Assembly: GCA_004764695.1 (NCBI GenBank)
Contig: SMSO01000031.1
Span: 7,670,761-7,734,760 of the forward strand
Reading direction: 5' to 3'
From: Schizochytrium sp. TIO01
Lineage: Eukaryota; Protista; Bigyra: Labyrinthulomycetes
Length of the DNA stretch: 64,000 nucleotides
Both the position numbers and the translations under genes were made by a program. Positions 37,438 to 48,955 of the stretch are shown here, piece after piece. Numbering within the stretch: the first letter of the stretch is position 1; each line of letters opens with the position of its first letter. Under the pieces are notes generated by a model. It was given only the letters and a program-made list of their open reading frames with translations. It ran no database searches and had not been told where the DNA came from.

Positions 37438-38340
37438 TTACGTGATTTTCTTGCTAGCTAAAGGACATGGATCTTGTTTCTCAGAGGATCCCCTATAAAC
37501 ATGATAGTCCCAGAAGGCTCCGAGAAAATGCCACATGTCTAATTCAGGCCATGTCACGTCAATAAAGCTAAGGTGTGCTTCGGACGACTGCCAAACAAGA
37601 AAGTCGCTGAGACGAGTTTCACCGGACGTCCTAATCAAAAGCTGAGGGGAGCTTCCTCTCGTGTACATTCGTGAAGAAAGAAGATCAGCCGATATGGAAT
37701 CCTTTGCAATTTTGCCAGCTCTAGCGTCGCGCACAACTTCACGCACGGTGCGAGAAATTTCTTCACTCGATGTATAGGCAAAGCAAATATTGAAGACAAG
37801 GTTCGTGTGATGGTGTGTTTTCTCCATGACTTTCTGTGCAGCTTCCTGAACATCCTTGGGCAAAAGGGACGTATCACCTAGGATATTGACACGAATGCCA
37901 TAACGCATGACAACATCTGAGCTATCCAGAAACTGCGAGAATTTCTCCCTGGCCAGCTGCATGAGCGCGTCAACTTCCTCCTGCGACCTCTTGAAGTTCT
38001 CAATGCTAAACGCATAAACTGTCACTTCATGGACCCCAAGCTGCATGCACCATTCTAGTACACGTAGAAGCGACGAGTAACCTGACATATGGCCTGCGCT
38101 ACCTGGTTGTCCTCTGCGCTTGGCAAATCTTCGATTCCCATCCATGATAAACGCCACGTGTTGAGGAACATTGAGGCTTCTTGAAGCCACGCCTAAAATA
38201 ATACGATCTAGATACGAAAGATTCGAAGTGTTCGATGAATTATTTAACTTTAATGTTCCGACAGTCTGAAGGTCTTTCCCAGCCATACTTTTGCCCAGGG
38301 GTGGTCTCGACGTCGCTCCTGCTGACGGTTGGTGCATCAT
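37438..38340 (-). CDS. DHDDS: cis-prenyltransferase (dehydrodolichyl diphosphate synthase, DHDDS/Rer2-like)
   Basis: PQHVAFIMDGNRRFA, VTVYAFSIENFKRS and LLIRTSGETRLSDFLVWQ motifs. Confidence 0.92.
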   Translation of the reverse strand: MMHQPSAGATSRPPLGKSMAGKDLQTVGTLKLNNSSNTSNLSYLDRIILGVASRSLNVPQHVAFIMDGNRRFAKRRGQPGSAGHMSGYSSLLRVLEWCMQLGVHEVTVYAFSIENFKRSQEEVDALMQLAREKFSQFLDSSDVVMRYGIRVNILGDTSLLPKDVQEAAQKVMEKTHHHTNLVFNICFAYTSSEEISRTVREVVRDARAGKIAKDSISADLLSSRMYTRGSSPQLLIRTSGETRLSDFLVWQSSEAHLSFIDVTWPELDMWHFLGAFWDYHVYRGSSEKQDPCPLASKKIT

Positions 38341-38744
38341 GAGCTCTTCTTCCCGAAACCTCAGCCCCTTCTTATTCTGTGGTGAGGCTCGCCTTCGCGA
38401 AGGTTTCGGGGCGCCCCGTGGCGCTAGAATTCTGGTTCACTCAGAGATGGTCTTGATTCGTGATTTGCTGCTGAGTTTCTGATGAGCTCCAGCTTTTGCA
38501 AACCTGGCACCAATCTCCAAAACAAAATGATAGACTTGGCTCTTACGTGTAGGTAGTGTGCTAGTAGTTGTAGTTGTCCTGAAAGAGAAGAAGTAATAGG
38601 TAGGGAGGTATCTACTTAGTAATCTAGTAGTACTGAGTGAGTGAGTAACAAAAGAAAATTGGGTTCATTGCTTTCGCTTGAGTTTCTGCCCAAGTTAAGG
38701 ATTTAATACAAGTAGCCTCTGACGCGAGGGCGTATAAGAAAGCT

Positions 38745-38762
38745 GAGAGAGAGAGAGAGAGA
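38745..38762. repeat. (GA)n microsatellite
   Basis: Read directly. Confidence 0.85.
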
Positions 38763-39479
38763 TAGTAGATACTTTTATATCTCTATTATGGTGAGTTGGT
38801 CAGGGAGATACTTTGCAAGTTTCGCTAATGGCATTCGCATCGTATAATCTTTGATTTAATTGTTGAGAACGAACAGCATAGTTTGTTTGTATGCCCTCGT
38901 AGATCTTTTGAGACTAGTTTTACTATTGTGATACTAATTTTGGTGACTATGTAGCACTAAGGTGTTTGAAGAGATGACGTCGCAGAGGTAAAATTGGGCG
39001 TCATCGTGTGTGTCAGATCGATTTTTTTGTTTCTCGATATTAAGACACATAGGAACAGGAAACAGGGCCACAAATCTGACTAAGACAGTTTGCGTGGCAC
39101 CTAGTAAGGGACAAAATGTTGATCGGCTAGAACATAGTTAACACCAATACTGAGTACAGTGAAACTCGTCATTGTGCCATAGTACGACATACGTAGCGAA
39201 AATCGGTTTGTTTGGCGAAAAAACAAAAAGCAAAAAAATAAGGACCAAACACCGAGTTCGAAAACAGTTGGAAGCTAAACAGAATTGTGCTATCAGAATC
39301 AGATGCGATTAGAAATTAACTGGAGTATGTTATTCTGTTGAACTCCAGTATGCTTTTAATTTTAAAACATAAGCAGTAATTGTGGTGTAAGATTAAAAAA
39401 AAAGGTGGAGTAGACTTAAGAGCGAAGTTTAGTAACGGGCTCTATGATAAGACTCCAAGTGATTTTCAAAGAACTCAGA

Positions 39480-42400
39480 TTAGTTCGTTTCGCTAGGTTT
39501 GAACTCTTGTGCGGTGACACGAAGCTTGGTGCGCTCGGGCAAGTTGCGCCCGCGGCCAGCAGGGAATCCAGAAGTGCCATCAGGACCCTTGGCCATGGAG
39601 AAGCGCTGCACTGCAACAGCACTAGTGGCAGTGCCAAGCTTACGAAGGGCATCGCGGTTCACAAGACGAGGCTGTGCATTGCTAGCAACAGCGACCTCAG
39701 GGGCCTTCTTAATGAGGCGCACACGGGTAGCACGTGCCTCCTTTGTCTTGGAGTTGACAACAAGGGTATATTCTACCTCGTCACCATCGTTCAGCTCAAC
39801 CCCGTCGCGGATCTCGGAGCGATCGAAGCGAATGGTACCATCGCGGCCTCCAAGGCCAGGCTTGTATGACTCATCAACGTTATCCTTGCCATCGGAGCTT
39901 TCGCCAGCGACGAGCGGCCGCACAAAACCAAAGCGACCAGATACAGTACCCTCAATAAGACCACGAGAGGTTTTGGTACCAGCACTAATAAGCTTCATGT
40001 TTGTTGCACGAACCTTGCCCGTGGCACGGTTCTTGCAGAGAACAAATTCGACCTCATCACCGATGGTGGGCATCCAATCAACATCAACACGAACGCTCTT
40101 GCGAGCTTCGCCTTGCTCTTCTTCATTGCTGACTGCCTTTGGATCATCGTCAGACTCCTTTGGCTGAATTACGTCGCTCAAAGTAAAGACGTATTTAGCA
40201 CTCTGAGGAGCATCTTCGTCATTTGCAGACTTTTTACGGTTTGCTTTACCCTTTGCAGAACGAGCCACCACCGGAGAATCTTCAATATCGCCAGATTCAT
40301 CCTCATCTTCTTCTTCGTTTTCTGTATCTTTTTCGTCCTTTGAGGACGAGTCGTCCCCGCTTTCATCGTGCTTCTTGTCTTCGGCGGACTCTGTCTTTTC
40401 CTTCTCTTGCGGTGATGGTGTTTTGTCCTCTTCTGTTGCGGAGCCCGTTTCCTTCTCCTTTTCAGCGCGAAGTATCTGCAATTCCTCCTTCGATTTAGCA
40501 ATCAAAAGAGTTTCTCCGATCCAAGCGGTGGCGAAGCGGTCACGCTGAGCGAGAGACTCGAGCTCTTCGAGTTCCTGCTTCGGAAGATCCTTAGCGACCC
40601 ATTTGAGCTGCGCATCATCATCAGCAAATGTCTTGTGCATTTTACTGAGTTCATTTGATCGACGCCAGTCGAGATTGTCATTAGTCTTCTCCACAAGAGA
40701 CTTCGGGTCCGAAGCTGCAGAGGCGTCAAGAACACGGCCCATCATTGCGAAAGGTACGTGAATACTGGCAACGCGGAGAGCCTTAGGGTGATCAGACGGA
40801 CGTGTATTGGCATTGTTGTTGTTGTTGTTCTGTTGGCCACGCTGTCCAAATCGAGGGTCGGCCTTGCTTTTGGGCTCTGCAACAATAACTCCCTTGTAGA
40901 TACGCTGCTCGCCAGACTCTGCATCAATAATAGGCTCATCTATCACGATGGATCCCTTGGGCAACGGGCGGATCTTTGTCGCCTTGCCGCCACGCGGAGC
41001 ATGCTGGTAAATGTATTCGACCTCATCACCAGGTTCGATACGAGTGCGGAACTCATCATCTTCGCATTCTCCGATGTGAAAGAAGAGGCGTTCAGGGCGG
41101 TCTACACTCTGAACAAAACCAAATCCTTGGTCATGGAGGCACGCAACGATACCAGTTTCCGCATGCTGGCGACGGGGGCGCTGAGTGACTTCCTGTTTAG
41201 AGCGCTCGAGGACATGAACTTCTTGGGCCACGTGGCGAATGTATCGCTTGTCAAGACAGAGACGAAATTTAACCTTGTCACCAACCTTTGGCTGGCGTTT
41301 GTCCACAATCGAGGATACAGAGAAACTAACAGTCATGTGAACATCCTCAGCAGGCGATAATTTCTCATCATCCTCAACAGACTCTCCGGCTTCCTCAGAA
41401 TCCTTCTTGTTCTTCCCTCCATTCGGCTTCTTGGCGGCCTTCTTGCGAACGAGAGTGATACGAGGCTCAGTACTGGACTTGTCATTATGCATAGATTTGT
41501 AGTCACAAAATAGCCCAAGCCAATGGCAGTAGTCGCGAAGGATACGTTCCTCATTCTGGGAAATCTGAAGCGAGAAAGTTTTCGATGCTGCAGCAGCAGC
41601 GGCTGACTTGGCCTGTGCAGAGCTCTTGTTGCTGCTTCTACGGGAGTGCCCCTTGCTACGCTTACTCTTGGATGCCAAAGGGTTGTCCGCAATCACCTCC
41701 ACGGCAGTTGCCTGAACCCTGCCCTCGCCTTCACCAATGTAAAGTTCACCAGCCGCCAGGTTAGACAGAACCTCATAGAGGTGGGGTGCCACAAGGCCAG
41801 CAGGTACGCATTGGAGAGTACCAAACTCCTCGCGACCAGTGTTGCTGTTATTGTTACCGCCACGACCTCGCGAAGGAAAGTTGCTACGGTTGGAGGCGCG
41901 ATGCGGCACCTTGGTGACAATTCCTTCAACCTCCTCTTGAAGAACAATCTCACGTTCAACCTTGTCCAGTTTGAGGACGCGAACAGCAACGGAACGTTTG
42001 TCTCCACCTCCTGGTTGCGGCTCGACAATGTATTCGAAGGAAACGGGTTGGCCTTCCTGAATAAGGTCATTGCGAGTAGCGCTTCCTGCTCCTCCGCGGC
42101 GAGATCCATGACTGGTGTCTACACTTTGAGCATCTGCGACGCTGCTGTTATCAGATTGTGAACGGTCGCCAATGACTTCCTTGATGGGGAAAAACACTTG
42201 ACCAGGGCGGTCAAGACACTCAATAAATCCGAACCCAGATTGAGCTCTCAAGTTCGCAACAATCCCGGTCTCGCGCTTGCACTTGCCCTCAAAAGCTGCC
42301 ATGGCCCCATTCTTAATGCGCTCCTCCTCTTCGGAAGGCACTACAAGTTGAATATTCTGCGCACGAAGATTTCCAGAGCGCTTTACACGCCAAATGTCCG

Positions 42401-44948
42401 CTGAAATTTTGTCGCCGGGCAGAATACGAGGCCCGTTCGTGAGCATGTGTTCTGTGCTAAAGGTAACCTCCCGCTGATCGTCAGGAAGGTCTGCAATATC
42501 ATCAAGAATCCTGAGCTTTCCGACCAAAGGTCTTGGTTCGTGGTTGCTCGATCCTCGACGTTGGCTGCTTCCTGCACTGTGTTGACTTGCGGTGTCGCTG
42601 GGCTCTACTTTCTTGCGCTGAAGACTCACAAGCTCAGCTGTGGCTTTCTCCTTGATGAGGTCTTCAAGCTTGATGGTACCAGCTGCTAGTGCCTCCATCT
42701 TGACAGCAAGTTTGCGTTCTGGGTCAAAGGGGTCAGAAACCACAGTAAACTCGAGCTCCGTGCCCACACGGAGGGTTGAATCACGTGTTAGAGCAGCAAG
42801 CTCTGCGTCTTGGCGCCAGTCAGAGGCTCCAAATCGCTTTTCCTTATCCTTGGCAGCCTTTTCTGCAGCGCTACGACCCTTCGGATGGAACTTCTCTGGG
42901 AGATCACGGTACAAAAACATGATAGGCTCCTCATCATCCTCAGCTTCAATCGAACCTTGCGCATATAAAGTCCACTTGGACGCGGTTGACAAAGCACTAA
43001 CGCGGCCACGTTGACGTTTGACACCGGGTTTGGAGGCCTCTGCATCAATAATCTTCTGGACACGCTGACGCGCAGATTGCATGACCGTAATGTTGACAGC
43101 GTGAATGCGTTCTGAGCCAAGCTCCTCGGCAACGTCGAATCTGACAATATCTCCCCGCACGGGAAGCTGTACGTGGGAGCGCCGAGGCTGACGGTGTCGG
43201 CTTGAGGCACGGCTGCTCGTGGTGCTGCTGGCATCGTCACCCTTATCCGCACCTTCAGATTTGTCACCCGCATTGGTCGAGGCAGAAGAGGCTTGGGCGG
43301 AAGCCGCTTTCTTCATGCCACGCGCCGCAAAACTGTACACTTTATCATTATCGGGAGCTGCTGCAGAGACGTTTCCAGGCACGATTTCGCGCAGATTCTC
43401 AACCTCTTCCTCAGAAAGAACCATGATTCGTCCAGAGTAATATCTGGGATTGCCCTGAGCTTCCATAAAGTCATTGTCAAAAGCACTGTTTCCGTGCAAT
43501 CCGTTTGGGGCACCGCGATTGTAAAAGGATCCCTGGCGGCGGTTTTGTGTCTGCTGAGGGCGAGTTGTTTCTGTGATGACGACGCCAAAGAGGCCCGTTT
43601 TACCTTCCACAACTTTGTCATACGGGATACCTCCCTTCTCGAGGACTTTGACGCGAGTTGCATTTGGCTTACCGCTGCGTCCCGCCATGAGCTCAAATTC
43701 GACCTCATCACCAATGGAAGCTTTGCTAGGGTCAAAACCAAACTTGGCTGCCTCGTCGTAGTGGAAGAAAACGTCAGATTCCTGCTGTGCAGAGAGCATT
43801 TTGATAAACCCAAAGCGCTCCTTTAACGCAGCGATGATACCATATGACAAAGGTCGAGACTGTTGTTGCTGCTGGTTTTGGGCATGACCATCATGACTAC
43901 GCCGCGGTCCACCACGTCCAGGTGGGGGGTTTCCGCGCTGCAATTGTGGAGGAGGTGGTGCATTAGGTCCTCCTACACGTGGCTTCGGGGCTGCCCTATC
44001 CTTGCTCTGACCAGGCCCTGATCCTTCCTTTGCAGTTTGCTGCTTTTTTGTAGATTTAGTATCACCAGAGCTATCCTTGTTATCATTGTTCTCCTCAACT
44101 GCAGTTTTACCAGATGCATCTTCCTTCACAGAAGCCGACGCATTTGCAACAGCTTTAGAAGAGTCACCTGGGTCCTCAGATGTGCTCGCAGATTCTTTCG
44201 TCGCTGCAGCAGAAGTGGTTGAAGGTGCCGCCGCAGTGGGTCCTCGGCGCTCCCATGTTCCTTCTGAGGGAGCTGCCGACACTGGCGGAGCAATGTTCTT
44301 TGCCACAGTTTCGCGAGGTGCAGGTGGTTTGCTTGGAGGAGGTGCGCTTCTCCAGCTTCCCGTAGAGGTCGGCGTTGGATCTACTGGGGCTGCTACATTT
44401 GGTGTACTCACTGCTGCTGCTGCCGCTGCTGCTCGGAGTCCTCCCGTAGCTTGGATACTACTTTGCACCATTGCAGGAGCCGCAGCCGGGGCTGCCGATG
44501 GAACTCTTGCTGGCGCGGGAGCTCCTCGCCAGTCGTCGCCTCCGGGAAGGTCGCTGGTGGCGTGAGCGACGAGCTTGGCCTGCAGCACAACGCGATCATG
44601 CTGTCGTTTTTGGGCCATGGCTTCGTCGTGGCGTTTCATGTGATTCTTCCACCGATCAGAGGCGGCTCCACCGCCGCCACCTCCGTTGCCACTGCCTCCG
44701 GGGCCTGCGCCTAATATTGGAGCTGGCGGCGCAGGGTCTGCTACTTGTGGCGCAGGAGCCCATGCATTTTGGACAGGGGCAGCCGGAGCAGCCGGAGCAG
44801 GGGGGGGCACGGGTTGAGCTGGGGGAGGCTGCGATTTTTCCTTCTCACGGCGCTCTTGTTCGAGCTTGGCAGCGACCTTGAGGGCCTCGGCATCCTCGTC
44901 GTTGGGCACGTACGTGCCATCGTCTTCAACTTCGTCAGCCCAATTCAT
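39480..44948 (-). CDS. Multi-cold-shock-domain RNA-binding protein, CSDE1/UNR-like, 1,822 aa
   Basis: Repeated CSD cores (GIIAALKERFGFIK...VFFHYDE; SGFGFIECLDRPGQVFF; GFGFVQSVDRPERLFFH; GDEVEF), a SUZ-C-like AKGPDGTSGFPAGRGR segment and a terminal PAM2-like KLRVTAQEFKP. Confidence 0.82.
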   Translation of the reverse strand: MNWADEVEDDGTYVPNDEDAEALKVAAKLEQERREKEKSQPPPAQPVPPPAPAAPAAPVQNAWAPAPQVADPAPPAPILGAGPGGSGNGGGGGGAASDRWKNHMKRHDEAMAQKRQHDRVVLQAKLVAHATSDLPGGDDWRGAPAPARVPSAAPAAAPAMVQSSIQATGGLRAAAAAAAVSTPNVAAPVDPTPTSTGSWRSAPPPSKPPAPRETVAKNIAPPVSAAPSEGTWERRGPTAAAPSTTSAAATKESASTSEDPGDSSKAVANASASVKEDASGKTAVEENNDNKDSSGDTKSTKKQQTAKEGSGPGQSKDRAAPKPRVGGPNAPPPPQLQRGNPPPGRGGPRRSHDGHAQNQQQQQSRPLSYGIIAALKERFGFIKMLSAQQESDVFFHYDEAAKFGFDPSKASIGDEVEFELMAGRSGKPNATRVKVLEKGGIPYDKVVEGKTGLFGVVITETTRPQQTQNRRQGSFYNRGAPNGLHGNSAFDNDFMEAQGNPRYYSGRIMVLSEEEVENLREIVPGNVSAAAPDNDKVYSFAARGMKKAASAQASSASTNAGDKSEGADKGDDASSTTSSRASSRHRQPRRSHVQLPVRGDIVRFDVAEELGSERIHAVNITVMQSARQRVQKIIDAEASKPGVKRQRGRVSALSTASKWTLYAQGSIEAEDDEEPIMFLYRDLPEKFHPKGRSAAEKAAKDKEKRFGASDWRQDAELAALTRDSTLRVGTELEFTVVSDPFDPERKLAVKMEALAAGTIKLEDLIKEKATAELVSLQRKKVEPSDTASQHSAGSSQRRGSSNHEPRPLVGKLRILDDIADLPDDQREVTFSTEHMLTNGPRILPGDKISADIWRVKRSGNLRAQNIQLVVPSEEEERIKNGAMAAFEGKCKRETGIVANLRAQSGFGFIECLDRPGQVFFPIKEVIGDRSQSDNSSVADAQSVDTSHGSRRGGAGSATRNDLIQEGQPVSFEYIVEPQPGGGDKRSVAVRVLKLDKVEREIVLQEEVEGIVTKVPHRASNRSNFPSRGRGGNNNSNTGREEFGTLQCVPAGLVAPHLYEVLSNLAAGELYIGEGEGRVQATAVEVIADNPLASKSKRSKGHSRRSSNKSSAQAKSAAAAAASKTFSLQISQNEERILRDYCHWLGLFCDYKSMHNDKSSTEPRITLVRKKAAKKPNGGKNKKDSEEAGESVEDDEKLSPAEDVHMTVSFSVSSIVDKRQPKVGDKVKFRLCLDKRYIRHVAQEVHVLERSKQEVTQRPRRQHAETGIVACLHDQGFGFVQSVDRPERLFFHIGECEDDEFRTRIEPGDEVEYIYQHAPRGGKATKIRPLPKGSIVIDEPIIDAESGEQRIYKGVIVAEPKSKADPRFGQRGQQNNNNNNANTRPSDHPKALRVASIHVPFAMMGRVLDASAASDPKSLVEKTNDNLDWRRSNELSKMHKTFADDDAQLKWVAKDLPKQELEELESLAQRDRFATAWIGETLLIAKSKEELQILRAEKEKETGSATEEDKTPSPQEKEKTESAEDKKHDESGDDSSSKDEKDTENEEEDEDESGDIEDSPVVARSAKGKANRKKSANDEDAPQSAKYVFTLSDVIQPKESDDDPKAVSNEEEQGEARKSVRVDVDWMPTIGDEVEFVLCKNRATGKVRATNMKLISAGTKTSRGLIEGTVSGRFGFVRPLVAGESSDGKDNVDESYKPGLGGRDGTIRFDRSEIRDGVELNDGDEVEYTLVVNSKTKEARATRVRLIKKAPEVAVASNAQPRLVNRDALRKLGTATSAVAVQRFSMAKGPDGTSGFPAGRGRNLPERTKLRVTAQEFKPSETN

Positions 44949-45940
44949 CTTGATGTAACTTGGTTAGTGCCTTAAAGGTTAGCAAGAAGAGGTGCAAACT
45001 AGCGATTGATAGTTCAGAAAGATCAGCAAGACAAGCGATTAAACACAATCAAACACTGCTTGCAGATGCAAAAGAGTAGGTGGTTGGGTTTTGATTTGAT
45101 ATTATCTAGGGTCTGCCTCGATGTTATATCAATAGAATTGACGTTCAATGCGAGGTTAGTCCAATCAAAGTCTCGTTGTTAGCTTCCTCGCTCGCTTGAA
45201 CAATTAGTTAGTCACACTTGCTCCTCGAGCAGCCTGCATCCAAGTCCCTTCAAATAGATTCCAGGAAACCTTGCAAATATAGTCGCAGTTTTCCAAGTCC
45301 TAAGAATCCTCCCCAACCACAATAGTCTCCCCTCAAGAACCTATTGGAAACGAAGAGCAAAAGTAGCAGCAGAAGAAGTTATAGCTGCGAAGCCGTCCAC
45401 CAGGTCGTCCCCACACGCGTCAATATTCCGCCACGTCAAAGGCCTTAGCCCTGCCCCAGAGCCTCGAACGCGCTCCTGGGTGTCCCTAATCAATCTCCTC
45501 GCCAAACAGGCACGCTTCAGACGAAAGTCCACACAGGATATGCTGCCAAGAAGAAGGGAAGAGCGCCAAAACTACAACAGCAACAACAACAACAACAACA
45601 AAATCAGTCGAGCCCGAAAGAACGGGAAACAGAACAGGAAAAGAACGATGGGCCAAGCAGGCGGAGAGCGTCTAGCGAAACTATAGGAAATACTAGGTTG
45701 AAAGAGGAGGCGGGTCTCCGCTCCTGGCTAGCTCGCGAAGACACCTTGTGCCTTCTCCGCGGCGTTTGGCTCTGGCTGCGTGAAGCCCGGCTTCCTTCGC
45801 GTTGCTTATTGCCCCGTCGTGTCGATTGTAGGGAGCGGGATCGATCCAACGACCGCCGCGAGATCGCGATGATTTAGATTTAGATGGAGGTTTCGCGACG
45901 ATCTTCGAAGAAAGAAAGAGAGAAAGAAAACTTCTAAAGT

Positions 45941-46058
45941 AAAGATAGAAAAAAGATAGAAAAGATAGAAAAGATAGAAAAGAGAAATAAAAGTCACCAA
46001 ACAAACAAACAAACAAACAAACAAACAAACAAACAAACGAACGAACGAACGAACGAAC
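45941..46058. repeat. Compound microsatellite: (AAAAGATAG)-like, then (AAAC)n and (GAAC)n
   Basis: Read directly; lies upstream of the CSDE1-like gene. Confidence 0.9.
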
Positions 46059-48955
46059 AAATCAACCAGATAACCAAACAAAGCGAATAAAGGCGACACT
46101 CGAGGTCAAAGCTCTCTCGTGTTTGCATCCAAGATCAACAGTGTCAAGGCACTAGTACCTCCGCCTTCAAGTTTATTCCTGCTTCTTAAAGTCTATCTTA
46201 GATAGTGAGTAGTAAGTAGGTAGTGCTAGCCAGAGCCTAGGAGGCGCCTAACTACCTATCTGCCTAGGACCTATTACTGTTCGAGATACTAAGAAACTGT
46301 TTGTTTGGATATCTGACTCTTCAATGCTTTCTTGTATGAATATGTTGCGCTTCAAGCGCAGGGCTTACGGGAGAGCAAGCAGACCAAGCTTTACGAACCT
46401 TTGGGCTGGCTCAGACCGGTGCTCGCCTACTCCCTGCCAGGAAGCACCTGCAGACAGAGGTGGTACCTAGGCACTTTTACTTTTAATTGGCGGGGGTCTG
46501 GACGTTGTAATGCTTAAGGTATACGAGTGTGTAGAAACCTAAGCGAGGGGTCATTTCGGCCAGACCTCGAGGTCAACATGCATCTTTGAAATATCTCAAT
46601 GCCGATGATCGACCGCGACGGGAGAATTCTATGATAACTTTGCACTTGCTCCCAGATTATGGATTATAAGAGTGACCTTAAGTATGTACCCACACCTTTA
46701 TATACAGCACATGAACATCGCCAATGCTCTTTGTTCAATTCCGTGGCTAGGTGATCTTGCGCAGAACATCTCCTTCCATTGATGACTTGTATCTTTAACT
46801 CTATTCTCGCAGAACAGCTCGGTCATTTGACATCGCATAATGAATCTCGCCCAATTTATTTTGGAAACGTCAATTCCAAATGCTAAATGCTGGCTATGTA
46901 TGCTCTTTATTTTCGAGACACATTCACGAATCACATTGTCGCAACGAAGGTTCACAAAGTCTGATTTCGTCTCAGAGTAATCTCTTTTGCATCTTCACAT
47001 GAATTGCAGAGAGTCAACAGCAACAATTCCATCCTCAAAAAGTGAGTCATGGGAATTAAAAAAAGAAAAGATAATGAAATATAAGGATGCCGTAAGTTGG
47101 ATCAATCGCGTTTTCAACAGTATAACAAAGCACACTCAAGAAGAGAATTGCGACGCTACACAGTAGAGTAAACGACAGTCCTTTGCAAGACAAAAACAGC
47201 GAATCCTTGCGATAAGAGTGAATGGGTCAATCGATCTGATCTTCAATCTGAGTTGTCAAATTGCAATAAACCACCAAGCAGCGATGTCTTTCCCTGCGAT
47301 TCCAACCTATAAAACCAGCCAAAGTGCAATCTCCAGACGTTTCAACCCTCCTCACATTTCTCTTTTCCATTCCGCAATGTGTGTTCTTTCATCGAAAATT
47401 ACTCCTTTTAGATGACATATAATAGCACTCGTTTCAACCGCAACATGTTATCTTTGTTATAACTAACTGCCGTGGTACCCAGAAGTAGTGCAATTTACAA
47501 TGATCCTTGAAAAGAACGTGTTCCCATACGCTTCGGTCTCGAGCACTGGGCTCATTTCGTCCAGTCTGTACAGCACCAGTTGATGTCTTGGGTCACCCGA
47601 ATCATTATCAGCGCCATTTGGCCCATGCTCGCTTCGTCCCTCTGTTTTACCTCTTGATTATTATTAACATCACAATACCTGTTGCCCATGTACTATGAGG
47701 GTACTCCCTTCATCCTTCTATCTTTAAGGGCCGACGTTAGGAAATCTTAGGGATATCCCTTTTCGGGGCCTCCTAGCGCCGAATTAGTTGCTTCCTCCGT
47801 GCGAATCGCCACCGGATAGATTCCACCTTTTTTTTTTTTCTCTGGTACTTAATAAAAGTTAAGTCTTCGCTCCTGTTATTCCGATACATTTGGGCTGTTA
47901 GGATTTCCGCACCACTCTGCCCGCTGGGCTGTGCAGCGCAGAGATGAGAACTAGGCAAGCCGTTATTTCAGAATGAAGTCTCGCACAGAACTGTGTTGGC
48001 CGTTTAGGGCCGGCCAAAGTGAAAAGGAATTCTGAATTTCTTGAAAAAGCGAACTTTACTAACTTAGACATAGGAGTAATTCACAAAAACAACAGTGGTG
48101 TGGTACACACCCTGTGCGCAAGGATGCGCTTGCTCCTTCATAGGAACTCGAACAGCAAGACTTAGAACTCTTTGCGTTTGCATTCTTGCATAACAGACAG
48201 TGAACACGAGCGCGTCGTAATTTCTGGGCGGAAAGATAAAGCAGCGAGCCTCTGGCGAGTGCGTGTCGGCACGCGCATCCCCCCGAGGGCTTTTCCCTCA
48301 TCAGTAAACGGTTCCGAGTCCTTTTTTAGTTTTGTTTTCTGGCTTCTTGCACAAGTACGCAAAGTCGTTTGATAAGAGAGCACGCGCTACAGCAGAGGCC
48401 GAATAGCTTCGACAAAACGACGCCTTTATCACGGAGGACGCCAAAAGAGCCGAGGCTTGCTAGCTTGCCTTCTCTCCTTGAGGACGAAGGCACGCATAGG
48501 TTGACGTTCCCAGGTACTTCGCGGCTGGACTGGTCAACCAGGTCAGTCGGTCGAACGCTGCAAATCAATTTTCGAGAGCGCAATTGTTAACTTAGTACGC
48601 GCGAGTACACGAAGAGACAGGCAATAGATAGTCCAACGCTTGTATTGGAAGGGCATCAGCTGGACTGTGATTTTGGAAACACAGCAACTGGTCCCTCGCT
48701 CTTTTTGGCAGCACGCGACACGGTGCCGTCTAGAGAATCCACTTGAGGTTGATTGTTGCGCTGAATTTTGGTGGTCCAAGTTGGGGAGAGTATCTTGTAT
48801 ATCCTTGCCGGAGCTTTGCATCCTTATCGGCGAAGTTGAGAAACTGGAGTTCGGACTATCAAATCAGGTAGAAAGATATTTAGAGCAGGGAAGGGAACCC
48901 GTTACACCAAAGTACTTAATACACCAGAGCCGAATCGTGCTGAGTGATCCAAACC

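Noticed and set aside
39319-39349. 8-bp inverted repeat ACTGGAGT...ACTCCAGT downstream of the CSDE1-like gene
   Set aside because: Too short to distinguish from chance.
39499-44881. Numerous 100-220 aa antisense ORFs over the CSDE1-like gene (also over the ASH, SpoU and kinase genes)
   Set aside because: Shadow ORFs expected from codon bias on the coding strand; no recognisable motifs.
47729-47782. Possible structured RNA (AGGGATATCCCT palindrome and CCCTTTTCGGGG hairpin flanked by GTTAGGA/TCCTAGC)
   Set aside because: Short stems with no recognisable ncRNA family motif; covariation evidence would be needed.
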